From assembly GCA_051382335.1 (NCBI GenBank), contig JBBCAX010000216.1:1-49670 (forward strand): a DNA stretch of 49,670 nt, in the 5' to 3' direction. The position numbers were made by a program, and so were the translations under genes. The stretch comes from Deltaproteobacteria bacterium TL4. Its GTDB lineage: Bacteria > SAR324 > NAC60-12. The notes under the pieces are model-generated. The model saw only the letters and a list, made by a program, of their open reading frames with translations. It was not told the origin of the DNA and made no database searches. Below, in pieces: positions 39,301 through 46,934 of this stretch (positions are counted from its first letter, which is position 1; each line of letters starts with the position of its first letter).

Positions 39301-40028
39301 GCACGAACCTGCATTTTTCCCAATAGTTTGAAAGCCGCTATAATGTCAGCGTCACTTGCATCATTGGAGACTTTATTTTGATCAACTAAATATTTTTTCA
39401 CATGCTCCGCTCGAATGTTATACTTACCATCACTTCCCGTCCTCACTGTTGCGACGACATTTTTCAAATCTGTGTCGGACAGTAAATACAAACTCACCAT
39501 CGCTTTTGCTGGGGGCAAACATTCCTGCTTGATCGTCCCTGCGGACTCTGCAGCCGTACAATTGGCTGTTTCTGCCTCACTGAGACGGCTGTAATCGCTC
39601 AATCGAACTGTTCTGCCACTTGAAGTTGTGCCTTCTGGAAAGGCGGCAACCAATCCTGTCAAGGCAACTCTTGACGTACTTGACTGTGTTCCTCCCGATG
39701 TTGTCGATGATGTTCCTCCTGATGTTGTTGAGGATGTTCCTCCCGATGTTGTTGAGGATGTTCCTCCCGATGTTGTTGAAGATGTTCCTCCCGAGGTTGT
39801 TGAAGATGTTCCTCCCGAGGTTGTCGATGATGAGTCAGTAGTATTATCTGCCACTGCACCCCCTGTAGTTGTTCCCCCCGATGTAGGTCCGACCACATTT
39901 GCTGCCGTTGAATCACTGTCATCAGCAGGAGCCGGAGCATCACAACTTGTCAGTCCAAAGCTCAGTCCCATCACTCCCAGGACCATGAATCCCAACCATT
40001 TTTTAAAAATCACTTTGCTACTAAACAT
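30339..40028 (-). CDS. giant (~3230 aa) modular surface lipoprotein
   Basis: 9.7-kb uninterrupted ORF; GGAGGG RBS before ATG 40028; basic N-terminus, hydrophobic core and lipobox LTSC; Ser/Thr/Gly tether; Gly-rich linkers separating beta-rich domains. Confidence 0.9.
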   Translation of the reverse strand: MFSSKVIFKKWLGFMVLGVMGLSFGLTSCDAPAPADDSDSTAANVVGPTSGGTTTGGAVADNTTDSSSTTSGGTSSTTSGGTSSTTSGGTSSTTSGGTSSTTSGGTSSTTSGGTQSSTSRVALTGLVAAFPEGTTSSGRTVRLSDYSRLSEAETANCTAAESAGTIKQECLPPAKAMVSLYLLSDTDLKNVVATVRTGSDGKYNIRAEHVKKYLVDQNKVSNDASDADIIAAFKLLGKMQVRAVIVRKDSNGNEQPMAMTSIGDPNNLDDKGEPNVTKVNPIVHRLVKQILTAVKTALDPIRGLLGDGALADTLIKAILSSVEDTVTTVLATADTSTISIPDGQSASDVFNSQEKDLVVTMDADQLASLQTELAKKDETVAASSVVLSASATNTNSNLSSSLSSEESGLLAGLSNTMSQGVYAIAAADSQFSSVTSSASFAESKNTGIKLAIQRFFLTMGFPVLVAQDNGSKTSVVVVNLPAPPHLSDAEIPGMRALGEPSYRAFKIGSGTITGDFASAPSLANESNPAGTPTKLAGLNQAAIDAAQDKLFKGTATSSDSRKVDRVRLFHEMARTIQNGAGTLISDEAIAKLIDNNDKTIAIKDIAAILAKNFKWVSEPVNITPEGFPIFSGRQIAPTSGATVDSSQLIRALSITLGTDPVKTANLLTQSENFYSMFSGNAINANLQRLQQKGSFNLDEVEAQYPATKEGYKDLVLGNRAKNIPATPAFVSASDAIARGLTAAIPQNLYGQTLTSETKVNIQTAFFLLNMLLERTHLIEDKKGFYTEIKIKTTTRWRPNFENFKELVPKSSDVSIAGIIASLLNITTIQNSAAFTEAASKMSDPKKNLLSSSLPELPEFKAQNLTQFLGTNVSSVTVQCTVGRYDGLDPNAGINNSEVLNLNLFPVSKDNGQFFKGEALTAGTDYTLDKGSYANKQRTYSMVLSAENNVTFPGDFVIRFGIDSYSNDLPEFQFYIDGFSNVINVCPKEFPYMIGSDQKMVNIPGMGLTSDQQRGIEFDSKGKPTKSQPEGVDLSNFKLPGAPIMVTESDETAGRGKLDFYLVSVTGGKYSLKVKDTTNAAFAPLYQTMSDTEGLGFTLTVTAGEELQGISPVVGRSLRTQTSSFKDKIDAKTAATSITLDPAKFINDQVFLFRDPDKGFWVIELRFIDVMTDPSGQKRAVLNFGFAEINSRGEVQIAEAGFNAGPISNQASQAGIQRQNLAFGDWLVLEAPSGFNGPQQGVIAPKQVDWDSNNSLAVGLESATSGIFIRYAGEYFNEKISSVADFGANFDYSKVPVRLDAGRSGITFVKLQFKQQTRSYVMSPKPESAIGYITGLTDGDIVAIREGSSYAYMARVVRNRPSNDPQANMDIGLEIVKSEKQVFCLGTGCTTSSTLPKLYYDGALQTAIGDVFDADFDGVPAIFDPNDGDPNIKPSSGTVANAGTSTNAGSAGVSSGGGSGIEITSIVEEGSTTGSISRSFIIRTRGVYPGDIRSVTLQNASIFPDATEYYTIFTCDAPKQSEGSLTALTCTAKEVTGLKIAQDFVSSEEASFKITPSQNSTSFTALKGKRTKFVASIKFRKSLDLDGNPLKCGAMDCEARPSITTESQIMVPAAGQTIVFSNVKIQVGAESAQLFSEVEKNKTSIDIGRDIVISADSISDATDYQLEIYCAGKESMTEFISEFRDHLYEPAKGPGGVIKKPEFRIGPRIPGGRSCDFTLTSFLSTAGELIGASIADFDGITTTGGATAGVNNELKLATNDAVCFTNGMVEFGATCSDPTKVLFTVTAMTDQASASLTFGSNVGNAAFGSAPTPLTEGKLDFNKTAQIKIDSITKPTCGEISTDSYSKRCGVEKTPVAILESNGGSVLTLASTVSDWLILKDKEQVTSIDLNQPGFYRLGPSDGAVIEMDGNKDFINVRSASNESKIENAGGTSKTINPGSFLYVALQEQQGVDFDIRFINSSQMKVAWFLPPPSFGLVGDHDFDGDGNKDVSVVQSGNQWTFTFGSKVSSVQFENPPGVFTALTRNAINIFEKTVDSSTNNDARFDVSLDSGKSFKFEGQKIQSNDPQAGWFELFIGPAGGDGNGTNGSELFNANLFTQNVAPVTAKVLLFQNDFFSVDQAGIQLGAEMIRVYLSEKKVKFNNGWKINVEGSDATELELKYGKGGIFRISNATLNREYDLDITYLWIDNEDNPTAAEIQVRILPPGNSVPTGPGEGGGSSFESSLGIGTHEIYYSNRSFFAGSTPAGDTKILTLTISSSQAILESADTNTFDLQGPGVVSGKVTQPRKDQRENFYNVKSTNADVQNFEFVMYADLQEVSIRIQPPPSFFERNLFQNDAIVFFRDQDPMGNTFLRAESQFVSNETNPPSDLNNGGLAAVMMVTRAGKAQLVPVTANGWTITTPEGNSVDNLQNSGFYFLVGTVGEDNISYGMDVNIRDNSAYVKLQPGGGTGPANGPRQFPLNPMSESGIFGNAEFEIIKDGEIVSLSYRLGIDLGFGDFLTTAAIYKKTTSGPELVLELATASDWKFEGAFAYTEAKKVLETSQVSELMSKENQLVIVVFSNNYADGVVEGGIGFGGSSDGGGDTNGGGSSMSLGPDDRAYVILGESKIEIARSGESLPSNASIVFTVGNDALITFGPDWHAEKGGSQMATIYAIPTGDEYALVYEGSTVKNMKVKLDGTGISVEFFMPGSDGENGGNDTGGDGNGTTLNVGDRLYVILGGDQGFSIAGNSEILPDGASVIFTVGNGGALNFGKSWNAKRGDQLPESVINTVMTEETYTIVHTKVDGSMDSLSDIKVHKTESGGVYVLFMPPSNNNGTGGGEYSNQMPAPGDVLKDIFMIDSTGMLHFGEEMTQDRPNELELQGSTRVNISGTGLEGSWEAPCVEDMENPNETTRETLIVTGNQFISKNLRYGDANCKMLLIEVVFSGTFTTGNHVNTPTGEATEIDFALTSVQIFAKTSDIVNVLNQQQICGFTDWMLDQPKNTGGLNCSSGGDGGGDGTGSDSEVTLNVGDRLYAILENGQTIEVARSGETVPTGATVIFTVGSDGSLKFGTSWHAKKGELQPTSSITPGTTDEIYTITYTHADNTTDNVTDIRIHATTGGVYVSLVDDPTGSNGGGENSVFELANGDQIYRDASGELQSAAESAVPPNATSIIGFSADFIHFYAGFRVKWPQLTEFMTDVEQPMTSSMILQFFQPSPNGSEYVSDLRISLSTTGVKIEFLPPAGKTQ
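39687..39830. repeat. coding tandem repeat, 6 x 24 bp (SSTTSGGT)
   Basis: Unit TGTTCCTCCCGATGTTGTTGAGGA with minor synonymous variants, six consecutive copies. Confidence 0.95.
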
Positions 40029-40881
40029 AGTCCCTCCAGACTTTTTGAAACTCATTAGTTTCAGAATATTAATAATGTGACCCCCCCTCAGTCACAGGAT
40101 CTACAACTGAGACATCTCCACAGTGGAGATGCTCCAATCAAAACCAAAGAACATCTATTCGTGATTTTACCATCATAACTTTGTTTTGAAAACATTAACT
40201 TCAAAATAATTATCCCCTTCCTACAATTATTGAACGTCACCCTTTGAAGAGATCATTTCATCAAATCCGGTTCAATTTTGTCATTCACAACAATACCTGA
40301 ACGAACCTTCTCATCTGCAAAAAAAAAAAATCATCTCTAGTTTAATTGTTTTTCAAAGCTCTATCATCCGACAAAACAAATCCAACCTTCACGACACTTG
40401 TCTAGGGCTCTAACATATTCAATTCACAAAAGTCAACAATCCGTTCTCCTAAACGAGGATTTAGATTTTTTTTCATCGAACTAAAAAAAAATGCTCATAG
40501 AGTGCCAAGAATAGATTACACCTAACTTCTTAAAAGAATAACGCTAACTCAAAATATATAAAGTAAAATCAACCTATTCACCTAATATGCTGTTCACCTT
40601 TAGTGAACAAGGATATTCTTTCTATTGAATTTTTTTTGCAGTTGTGTGTTTGGAGGTACTTCCTCCAAATTTCATTGATAAAATCAAGGATAAAGCCTCT
40701 GACTTTATCAAAAAGCGGATAGGCACAATTTTTTTTTTTTGATTTCCAATTCGTTGAAATCTTTGGTATGGACATTCGTAAGTGTTGTTCTCCAATAAAA
40801 ACTATAATAGCTAAATTTGGCACCCTATTGTAGAGAGCAATATGCCATCTTTTTGAATCACGCACTACAGGAGAAATTATC

Positions 40882-41367
40882 ATGAAATTAAGCGGACTGT
40901 TTGTACTAATCATTTCAATCGTTCTTTTCATTAGCTGTTCCAGCTCAAAAAGAGGGACTCCCGAACAAACTCAAGTGAATCCAGAACATCAATTTGATGG
41001 ATCCTACTCCTTGATTTACAAGCGGGAAGGCGAATCTGATGCTCAAGGCTACCAACTTCCTATAGTTATCAAAGAGAGTCAAACAAGCATTCGTTTTTAT
41101 AATCGCGATAAAGAGATTGTGGAAATCAAGGGAAGTATCGACAAAACAGGTAAGCTGACTCTAAACTCTTCTTTAGGAGGCATTTGGGTGAATACGGAAG
41201 GGCATATTGATGTCCAGGGGAATGTAAATGGAACCTATGTTTTTGAAAGAAACGGAGAAACATTCAAAGGACTATTTAAGGGACATAAAACTGGGAACGC
41301 TTCTCAAGCAGCTCCAGTTAATGCAATTGGACTTGCCGGTTTTTTACAAGCGATACTTGGAAGATAA
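40882..41367 (+). CDS. small beta-rich lipoprotein, hypothetical
   Basis: AGGAGA RBS; lipobox LFISC; predicted beta strands. Divergent from the giant gene. Confidence 0.8.
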   Translation: MKLSGLFVLIISIVLFISCSSSKRGTPEQTQVNPEHQFDGSYSLIYKREGESDAQGYQLPIVIKESQTSIRFYNRDKEIVEIKGSIDKTGKLTLNSSLGGIWVNTEGHIDVQGNVNGTYVFERNGETFKGLFKGHKTGNASQAAPVNAIGLAGFLQAILGR

Positions 41368-41421
41368 AGACGTCCCTCAAACAATGTTTGAGGTTCGAGC
41401 TAAAATCGAACAGGATTTCTT

Positions 41422-42360
41422 TTATTTATCGCGGAACTTCCAAGTAAATAGTAATCCGAATCTTGTGAAGGTTGTCACGTTATCCGGCCAGATGATTTCA
41501 ATCTTTGATCCGGCAGGCGCGGTATAGGTTTTGCCATTAGAGAATACTTTACTCATTTTCTGAGACTCTCCTTCCCTTGTCACCTGCGTATAGGTCAAAA
41601 AAGGTCCAAGTTCTACTCCTGGTTTTACCGTATATCCCCATCGTCCCCATAACTCCAGGTTATACCCTGCTGCGTTAGTGAATTCCAACCCAGGATAAAG
41701 GGTGTTTCGCGCACTTTGCCATAGGGGTAATCCAACTAAGAAAACATAGTTTTGACGAAAACCTTGAAGGCCGACAGTTTTTGTTTCCAACCATGTTCCA
41801 ACGGTTGTTACCAAGGAGGACACTCTTTCATCAACTATATTGGAATCGGTTCCAATCCCTTCATCAGCATCCCATCCAAATCGTTTGAAGTTATTGGAGT
41901 AATAACTTATTCCTCCAACAGCTCGAACCATACCGAACATACCATGGGGTTTTAGCTTATAATGAAGTAGAAAGATCATGGAGTTACTTGTGACTTCCGC
42001 CTGATTCTTTTGCGCTTCCTTTCCGTCAATCTTCCAGGTTTCTTCCAAAGTATCCGCAAAAATAGTCGAACCGATATCATAGGAAAAATCGAATATATCA
42101 TCAATTTTTAGAATGGCCCCACTGGAGTAAACCAAGTTTTTATCCCCTTGCGCATGTGAGGTAATCTCAAGCGTTTTTCCTGCTTGAGGCAAATCTGTAT
42201 TTTCTTCATAGGTAGGTTGCTCTAATCCAAAAAACATATAGGAATATCCATCGAATATTTCTCCTAACAGTGGCGCCAGAAGCACTTCTTGTTGAGCAGA
42301 CACAATTGATGGAATCATGAGGATTACGATTCCAATAAGACCTTGTATTATTTTGTTCAT
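41422..42360 (-). CDS. hypothetical exported protein, probable outer-membrane beta-barrel
   Basis: AAGGAG RBS before ATG 42360; signal peptide ending VSA; alternating aromatic/Gly strands; C-terminal RFGLLFTWKF strand. Confidence 0.7.
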   Translation of the reverse strand: MNKIIQGLIGIVILMIPSIVSAQQEVLLAPLLGEIFDGYSYMFFGLEQPTYEENTDLPQAGKTLEITSHAQGDKNLVYSSGAILKIDDIFDFSYDIGSTIFADTLEETWKIDGKEAQKNQAEVTSNSMIFLLHYKLKPHGMFGMVRAVGGISYYSNNFKRFGWDADEGIGTDSNIVDERVSSLVTTVGTWLETKTVGLQGFRQNYVFLVGLPLWQSARNTLYPGLEFTNAAGYNLELWGRWGYTVKPGVELGPFLTYTQVTREGESQKMSKVFSNGKTYTAPAGSKIEIIWPDNVTTFTRFGLLFTWKFRDK

Positions 42361-42466
42361 AAACACTCCTTTCGTGAAAGCTTAAAAATTAGGATTAATA
42401 AAATTGGAGCAACACGTTCCTTAAGATTTGAAAATCTGCCTATCCATAGGTACAACAAATTCAAAC

Positions 42467-44173
42467 TCAGGTTTCAAGTAAAATATTTGGTTGCGGTTCT
42501 GAAAATAGATATCCTTGTGAAAAATGAATGCCAATTTCTTCTACAATTTTTTGAATTTCTTCATTGGCGACAAACTCTGCAACTACCTCGGCTCCCATCC
42601 TGGTAGCAAGGTCAAAAACGTTTTCGACAAGAATTCTACAGTTTTTGTCATTAGGGAGGTTTTTAATAAATTTCGCATCAATTTTGATATAATCTGGCGC
42701 AAAATCCAAAAGACGACTTATATTTGACTGTTCCGAGCCAAAATCGTCAATTGCGATTTTGCAACCCAATTTCCGGAGACTCATCAACAAGGAACGAACC
42801 TCCTTATCTCCTAAGGAACTCACACCTTCTAAAATTTCAAAAGTGACACGATCAGGAGAAATCTCATGTCCTTCCAACTGATATTGAATGAAAGGAAACA
42901 TGGAGGGATCTAGAAGGTCACTTTCTGTAATGTTGATTGAAAATTCATAGTCGAATTTTGTCATATAAGTGCAGCTTTTCATAAGCATGAGCTTCGTTGC
43001 TCGAGTCATTTCGCCAGAACGATTTAAGGCATTCAAAAAAAAATGAGGAGAAAGGATTCGGTGATCAGGTGCTTTCAAGCGAATGAGGCATTCATATTTG
43101 AGTAATTTTCCATAAGTCGACAGATTCTTCCGATTGTCCCGAATCCCCTGGAAAACCGGGAAAAAATTATTATTCTCAAAAGCTGTTCGGACCATTTGAA
43201 ATTGCTGCAAGTTTTTTAAATTTTCTGTTTGTGCTTGTATATCATCAGAATAAACTATGACTCTTTTAACTCGTTTTGCCTCTCCTAACGCAATGTGAGC
43301 CTGTTTGAATAAATCTCCGGTATCCTCTTGATGGGCCAGGCCAATAGATAAGGAGACTGCAATTTGAGAATTTTTAAAACTAATATTAGAAATACTCAGG
43401 TATCGTCTGATTCGATTTGCGATTTCTAGATTTTTTATGTGGGAGTCAAACAATAAGACGGCGAACTCTGCGCCTGAAAAGCGGTACAATAAGGCAGATT
43501 TCGGTAACACTTCGCGAACTAGCTTAGCTGTTTTTTCTAAAACCGTATTTCCCGCTTCAAAGCCCAAACCATCATTAATTTCATTAAACTTATCTATTTT
43601 CAAGCAAATGAGAGTTCCTGTATTATGTTTTTTTAAATCTTCAAACAGGCGATTTTGATTGTAACATTGAGTAATTGGATCCCGTTGTGATTTTTCCAAC
43701 AATCCTGCCTTACTGCTGGTCATTCTAAGTTTTTCAAAAAGAATGGTGGAAATCATTTGAAAAAAAACAGCTTCCAATCTTTGTGCATTCGGAGTTGTTT
43801 GAAATTTTTCGCGCTCTATCACCAATAATACCACAGAAGTTTCAGCTACAATACTTTCCGTACAAGGTCCCTTGGTAATGACACTCCCCTCTCCAAAAAT
43901 ATCCCCTCTACGTTTGAGCGAATAAAGATACTCATTATCGAAAACGACACGAACCGTTCCCGCTGTGACGAAAAATAGCTTTGAATTTAAAAGACCTTCT
44001 TTCAAGATCACTTCTTTCTCTTGATACGTTTCTACCACAGCTAATTGTGCAATTCCCTGTAGCTGTTCTTCTGACAGATTTTCGCACAAACGCGTGCTTT
44101 TAAAGAAATTCGCTACGTCGAGAGCGCTCTGAGGATTTGATAAGGGATCAACAGTTTTAATTTTTTTTTCCAC
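42467..44173 (-). CDS. cNMP-binding / degenerate GGDEF / EAL c-di-GMP phosphodiesterase
   Basis: N-terminal CAP-type domain (LFFVTAGTV...GDIFGE); GGDEF domain reading SGAEF; EAL domain with ECLIR, TFEILE, IDDFGS, IKID, AEFV, QGYLFS. Confidence 0.9.
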   Translation of the reverse strand: MEKKIKTVDPLSNPQSALDVANFFKSTRLCENLSEEQLQGIAQLAVVETYQEKEVILKEGLLNSKLFFVTAGTVRVVFDNEYLYSLKRRGDIFGEGSVITKGPCTESIVAETSVVLLVIEREKFQTTPNAQRLEAVFFQMISTILFEKLRMTSSKAGLLEKSQRDPITQCYNQNRLFEDLKKHNTGTLICLKIDKFNEINDGLGFEAGNTVLEKTAKLVREVLPKSALLYRFSGAEFAVLLFDSHIKNLEIANRIRRYLSISNISFKNSQIAVSLSIGLAHQEDTGDLFKQAHIALGEAKRVKRVIVYSDDIQAQTENLKNLQQFQMVRTAFENNNFFPVFQGIRDNRKNLSTYGKLLKYECLIRLKAPDHRILSPHFFLNALNRSGEMTRATKLMLMKSCTYMTKFDYEFSINITESDLLDPSMFPFIQYQLEGHEISPDRVTFEILEGVSSLGDKEVRSLLMSLRKLGCKIAIDDFGSEQSNISRLLDFAPDYIKIDAKFIKNLPNDKNCRILVENVFDLATRMGAEVVAEFVANEEIQKIVEEIGIHFSQGYLFSEPQPNILLET

Positions 44174-44268
44174 AAAAAAACTCCATTAGACGAAAACCTC
44201 AAAGGAGAACAATCACTAGGAATATTAGACTGAAATTCACACACTCTTGCAAGCTCACCACAAGACAA

Positions 44269-44727
44269 TCAATCAGTCTCTTCAACGGATGCCAACCAGT
44301 CTGATAAATAAGAACGTATTTCTTGAGCACAGATGCCTTCTGTTACCTCAAGGCCCGCCTCTTTTAAAAGCTGAATTCCCTTGCCGTTGACCTTTGGGTG
44401 TGGATCTCGGATCCCAACCACAACCCTGGCCACCTTTTTTTCAATCAATGTTAAAGCGCAGGCCGGAGTTCTTCCAAAAAACGAACAGGGCTCCACCGTA
44501 GAATAAACAGTCGCATCTTTTACCGTCAATTGTCGGGATTCAGCACTCTTCATAGCTACAATTTCCGCATGATCGCCCCCGGGAGGACACGTATTTCCCT
44601 CTCCGATAATTCCCGTGTCGTTTACAATGACGCAGCCCACATAAGGATTGTCTCCGGTCTTTCCTTTGACCTTTTTCCCCAACTCAATGGCATGCTTCAT
44701 ATAAGTGATATCATTTTTATCAGACAT
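44269..44727 (-). CDS. stand-alone RibD-type zinc deaminase domain
   Basis: NPYVGCVIV, HAE, EPCSFFGRTPAC and DPHPKVNGKG motifs. The ORF ends where the reductase domain of RibD would begin. Confidence 0.85.
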   Translation of the reverse strand: MSDKNDITYMKHAIELGKKVKGKTGDNPYVGCVIVNDTGIIGEGNTCPPGGDHAEIVAMKSAESRQLTVKDATVYSTVEPCSFFGRTPACALTLIEKKVARVVVGIRDPHPKVNGKGIQLLKEAGLEVTEGICAQEIRSYLSDWLASVEETD

Positions 44728-44734
44728 AACACTC

Positions 44735-45325
44735 TTACTTTTTATATAAAATAGGATTCAGTGTTTCGTCATTATACATTTTCATTTGACGATAAATCTT
44801 TAGCCGTTTTTTCCCCTCTTTTAAGTCTTGTATCAATTTTTCCAAACACTGTCCTAAATCCTGGCGCTGTTCTTGAAGAATCCTTAATTTTTCTGTACAT
44901 TTTTGTTTATGTTCCTCTGATGAATCTTGACGTCGTGCTTCTTCCTCCATATGATAGACTTTCAACGCACTGATGGACAAGCGATCAAGAATACTACCTA
45001 CAGTTTCACTGTTCAATGTCGCATCCCTTTGTTTTTTTACTTTCAAATCAGAAAGAGACTGAGTGAAACATTCATCAATCTTTTCAATCAGATCATTACG
45101 CTTCTGATTCAAGCGATCAATGGTGCGTTTGACTGATGCAATTTGCTGATCCTTAGCGTCAGGATCTCTGGCAAGATCTTCTTCATGCCATAATTGGAAA
45201 TTTGTGTAATGTTGTAACGTTATCACCTCCTCAAGCTTGTGCCCGTCATTAATAACGAAAGCTTGTTGGTGCCATTGCTTGACTTGTTCTGATTGTTCTT
45301 TCAATAAATTTGTGACTTGAATCAT
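44735..45325 (-). CDS. DUF4254-family helical protein
   Basis: [53 protein letters not shown] motifs. Confidence 0.85.
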   Translation of the reverse strand: MIQVTNLLKEQSEQVKQWHQQAFVINDGHKLEEVITLQHYTNFQLWHEEDLARDPDAKDQQIASVKRTIDRLNQKRNDLIEKIDECFTQSLSDLKVKKQRDATLNSETVGSILDRLSISALKVYHMEEEARRQDSSEEHKQKCTEKLRILQEQRQDLGQCLEKLIQDLKEGKKRLKIYRQMKMYNDETLNPILYKK

Positions 45326-46365
45326 AGGGATTCCTTGGTTTCAATATAAGTTATTAGCTGGATGATTACCTGCTGCACCTGCTCTGTTGAAACCTTGTTG
45401 ATACATTCCAGATGAGAACATTGTGGGTAACTACATTGGTTTTTACAGCCTGGATCAAACTCTACCGAACGATGAAGCCTTTGTTCTGGAGGAGTCCAGT
45501 TGACAGCGTGAGGCTTTCCAAAAATTGCGATCGTTGGAATTTTGGCGGCAATTGCAAAGTGACATGGACCATTATCGTTGCCGATATGCATCATTACTTT
45601 TTCAAAAATAGCACGCGTCTCTCTTAAAGTTGGAACGTCATAATTTGGAAGCGTTTGATGTCGCATGTGTAACCGAACCGCATCTACAAAATGGTCTTCT
45701 CCTGGTCCATAAATAAACAAAAGCTTCACTTGATAACGTTCTATTAAAAAGTCAGCGATCTTTGCAAAATTTTCGGGAGGCCAAACCTTATAGGGCTGTC
45801 GGGAAACAGGTGATATGGAGACAATTTTGTCATTTGTCGTAATTCCCAAGCTTCGAAATAACCGGTCCACATAAGCACGATCATCCGTGTTGATATAAAA
45901 ATCTATGTCATACGACTCCGGCTTAACACCGAGTTCTTCCACTAGTAAAGCTTTGTGTTGCGCGGCATATTGAAGCTGAGTAGCGATATCAACACGATTA
46001 CTGTAAAATAACCGACGTCCTCGAAAATTATAACCTATTCTGAAAGCTGCACCTGTAAACCAACTGATTTGAGCACTTCTCGGATTACCAAAAAAATCAA
46101 TGACTAGATCAAAACGCTTTTGACGGAGATTCCATAAAAAATGTAAATAACTCCAAATGGATTTTGATTTTGGATGAATAATAATCTCATCTAGTGCAGG
46201 ATTCAGACGCAAAACCTGGTCCGAAGGGGGTTCAGTCAGAAATGAAATCGTCGCATGAGGGAAAGCCTGCTTTAATGCGCGGATTGAAGGCGTGGTCATC
46301 AAAACATCACCAATCCTCCGCAATTGAATGAGTAAAATATTTGTAGGGGGCACCGACTTATTCAA
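45322..46365 (-). CDS. GT9 glycosyltransferase (LPS heptosyltransferase family)
   Basis: [36 protein letters not shown]...AIFG motifs. Start probably TTG 46365 or GTG 46353 rather than 46461, which would overlap fliN heavily. Confidence 0.9.
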   Translation of the reverse strand: MNKSVPPTNILLIQLRRIGDVLMTTPSIRALKQAFPHATISFLTEPPSDQVLRLNPALDEIIIHPKSKSIWSYLHFLWNLRQKRFDLVIDFFGNPRSAQISWFTGAAFRIGYNFRGRRLFYSNRVDIATQLQYAAQHKALLVEELGVKPESYDIDFYINTDDRAYVDRLFRSLGITTNDKIVSISPVSRQPYKVWPPENFAKIADFLIERYQVKLLFIYGPGEDHFVDAVRLHMRHQTLPNYDVPTLRETRAIFEKVMMHIGNDNGPCHFAIAAKIPTIAIFGKPHAVNWTPPEQRLHRSVEFDPGCKNQCSYPQCSHLECINKVSTEQVQQVIIQLITYIETKESL

Positions 46366-46669
46366 ACGTTGCCATGCTCTTAAGTCTTTCTTCGGCTGAA
46401 GCGATGTCGACAATTTTAGCTCCAAATTTTTCGTTAACGACGACCGTTTCTGCTTTCGCAATCAATCGGTTATTGACCCAAAGTTGAATCGGTTCCTCAG
46501 TAACACTGTCTAATTCTAAAACCGACCCTTGTCCCAAGGTCAGGATATCTCCAATTTCTAAATTGCACCCTCCTAATACAAGGCGTGCCGTGATGGGTAA
46601 ATCCAGCAATTGTTCCATTTGCGCCCATTGTTTTGCATTAAAATTTTCCTTTTTGTTCTCGTTTTTCAT
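46358..46669 (-). CDS. fliN: flagellar motor switch protein FliN (SpoA domain)
   Basis: LLDLPITARLVLG, LGQGSVLELD, VNNRLIAKAETVVVNEKFG motifs. Confidence 0.88.
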   Translation of the reverse strand: MKNENKKENFNAKQWAQMEQLLDLPITARLVLGGCNLEIGDILTLGQGSVLELDSVTEEPIQLWVNNRLIAKAETVVVNEKFGAKIVDIASAEERLKSMATFE

Positions 46670-46773
46670 CAGTCTCTCAAAGAATTACACATTTGAACTG
46701 GAAATCGTATTCTACTTTTGATACACTGCGCATCTATTTGTTAATATCTCCTCAACTCTAACAGTGAAAAATC

Positions 46774-46923
46774 ATGTCTCCAAGCAAAAAAACCGGATTA
46801 CAACGAAACAATAAATCTAAACCCAATAGCGCGAATAATCGAGAAAATACTTTACGCATTCAAAAAAATTCTGAAGTTTTGAGATCTCTTGCTGAAACTG
46901 ATCAAACTGAGAACATTGAATAG
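46774..46923 (+). CDS. possible small protein (49 aa), below the ORF-track cutoff
   Basis: ATG to TAG open frame MSPSKKTGLQRNNKSKPNSANNRENTLRIQKNSEVLRSLAETDQTENIE, ending 11 nt before the xth start. No clear RBS. Confidence 0.3.
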   Translation: MSPSKKTGLQRNNKSKPNSANNRENTLRIQKNSEVLRSLAETDQTENIE

Positions 46924-46934
46924 CTCGTATCCTT

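Noticed and set aside
39687..39830. CRISPR array
   Set aside because: Repeats are contiguous with no spacers, in frame within a CDS, and there are no cas genes.
38947..40080. Plus-strand ORFs with (VPPDVVED)n and alternative minus frames with (REEHLQQ)n
   Set aside because: Alternative readings of the 24-bp tandem repeat inside the giant gene.
40578..40931. 117-aa minus-strand ORF in the divergent control region
   Set aside because: Overlaps the lipoprotein start, spans a homopolymer tract and has no protein-like motifs.
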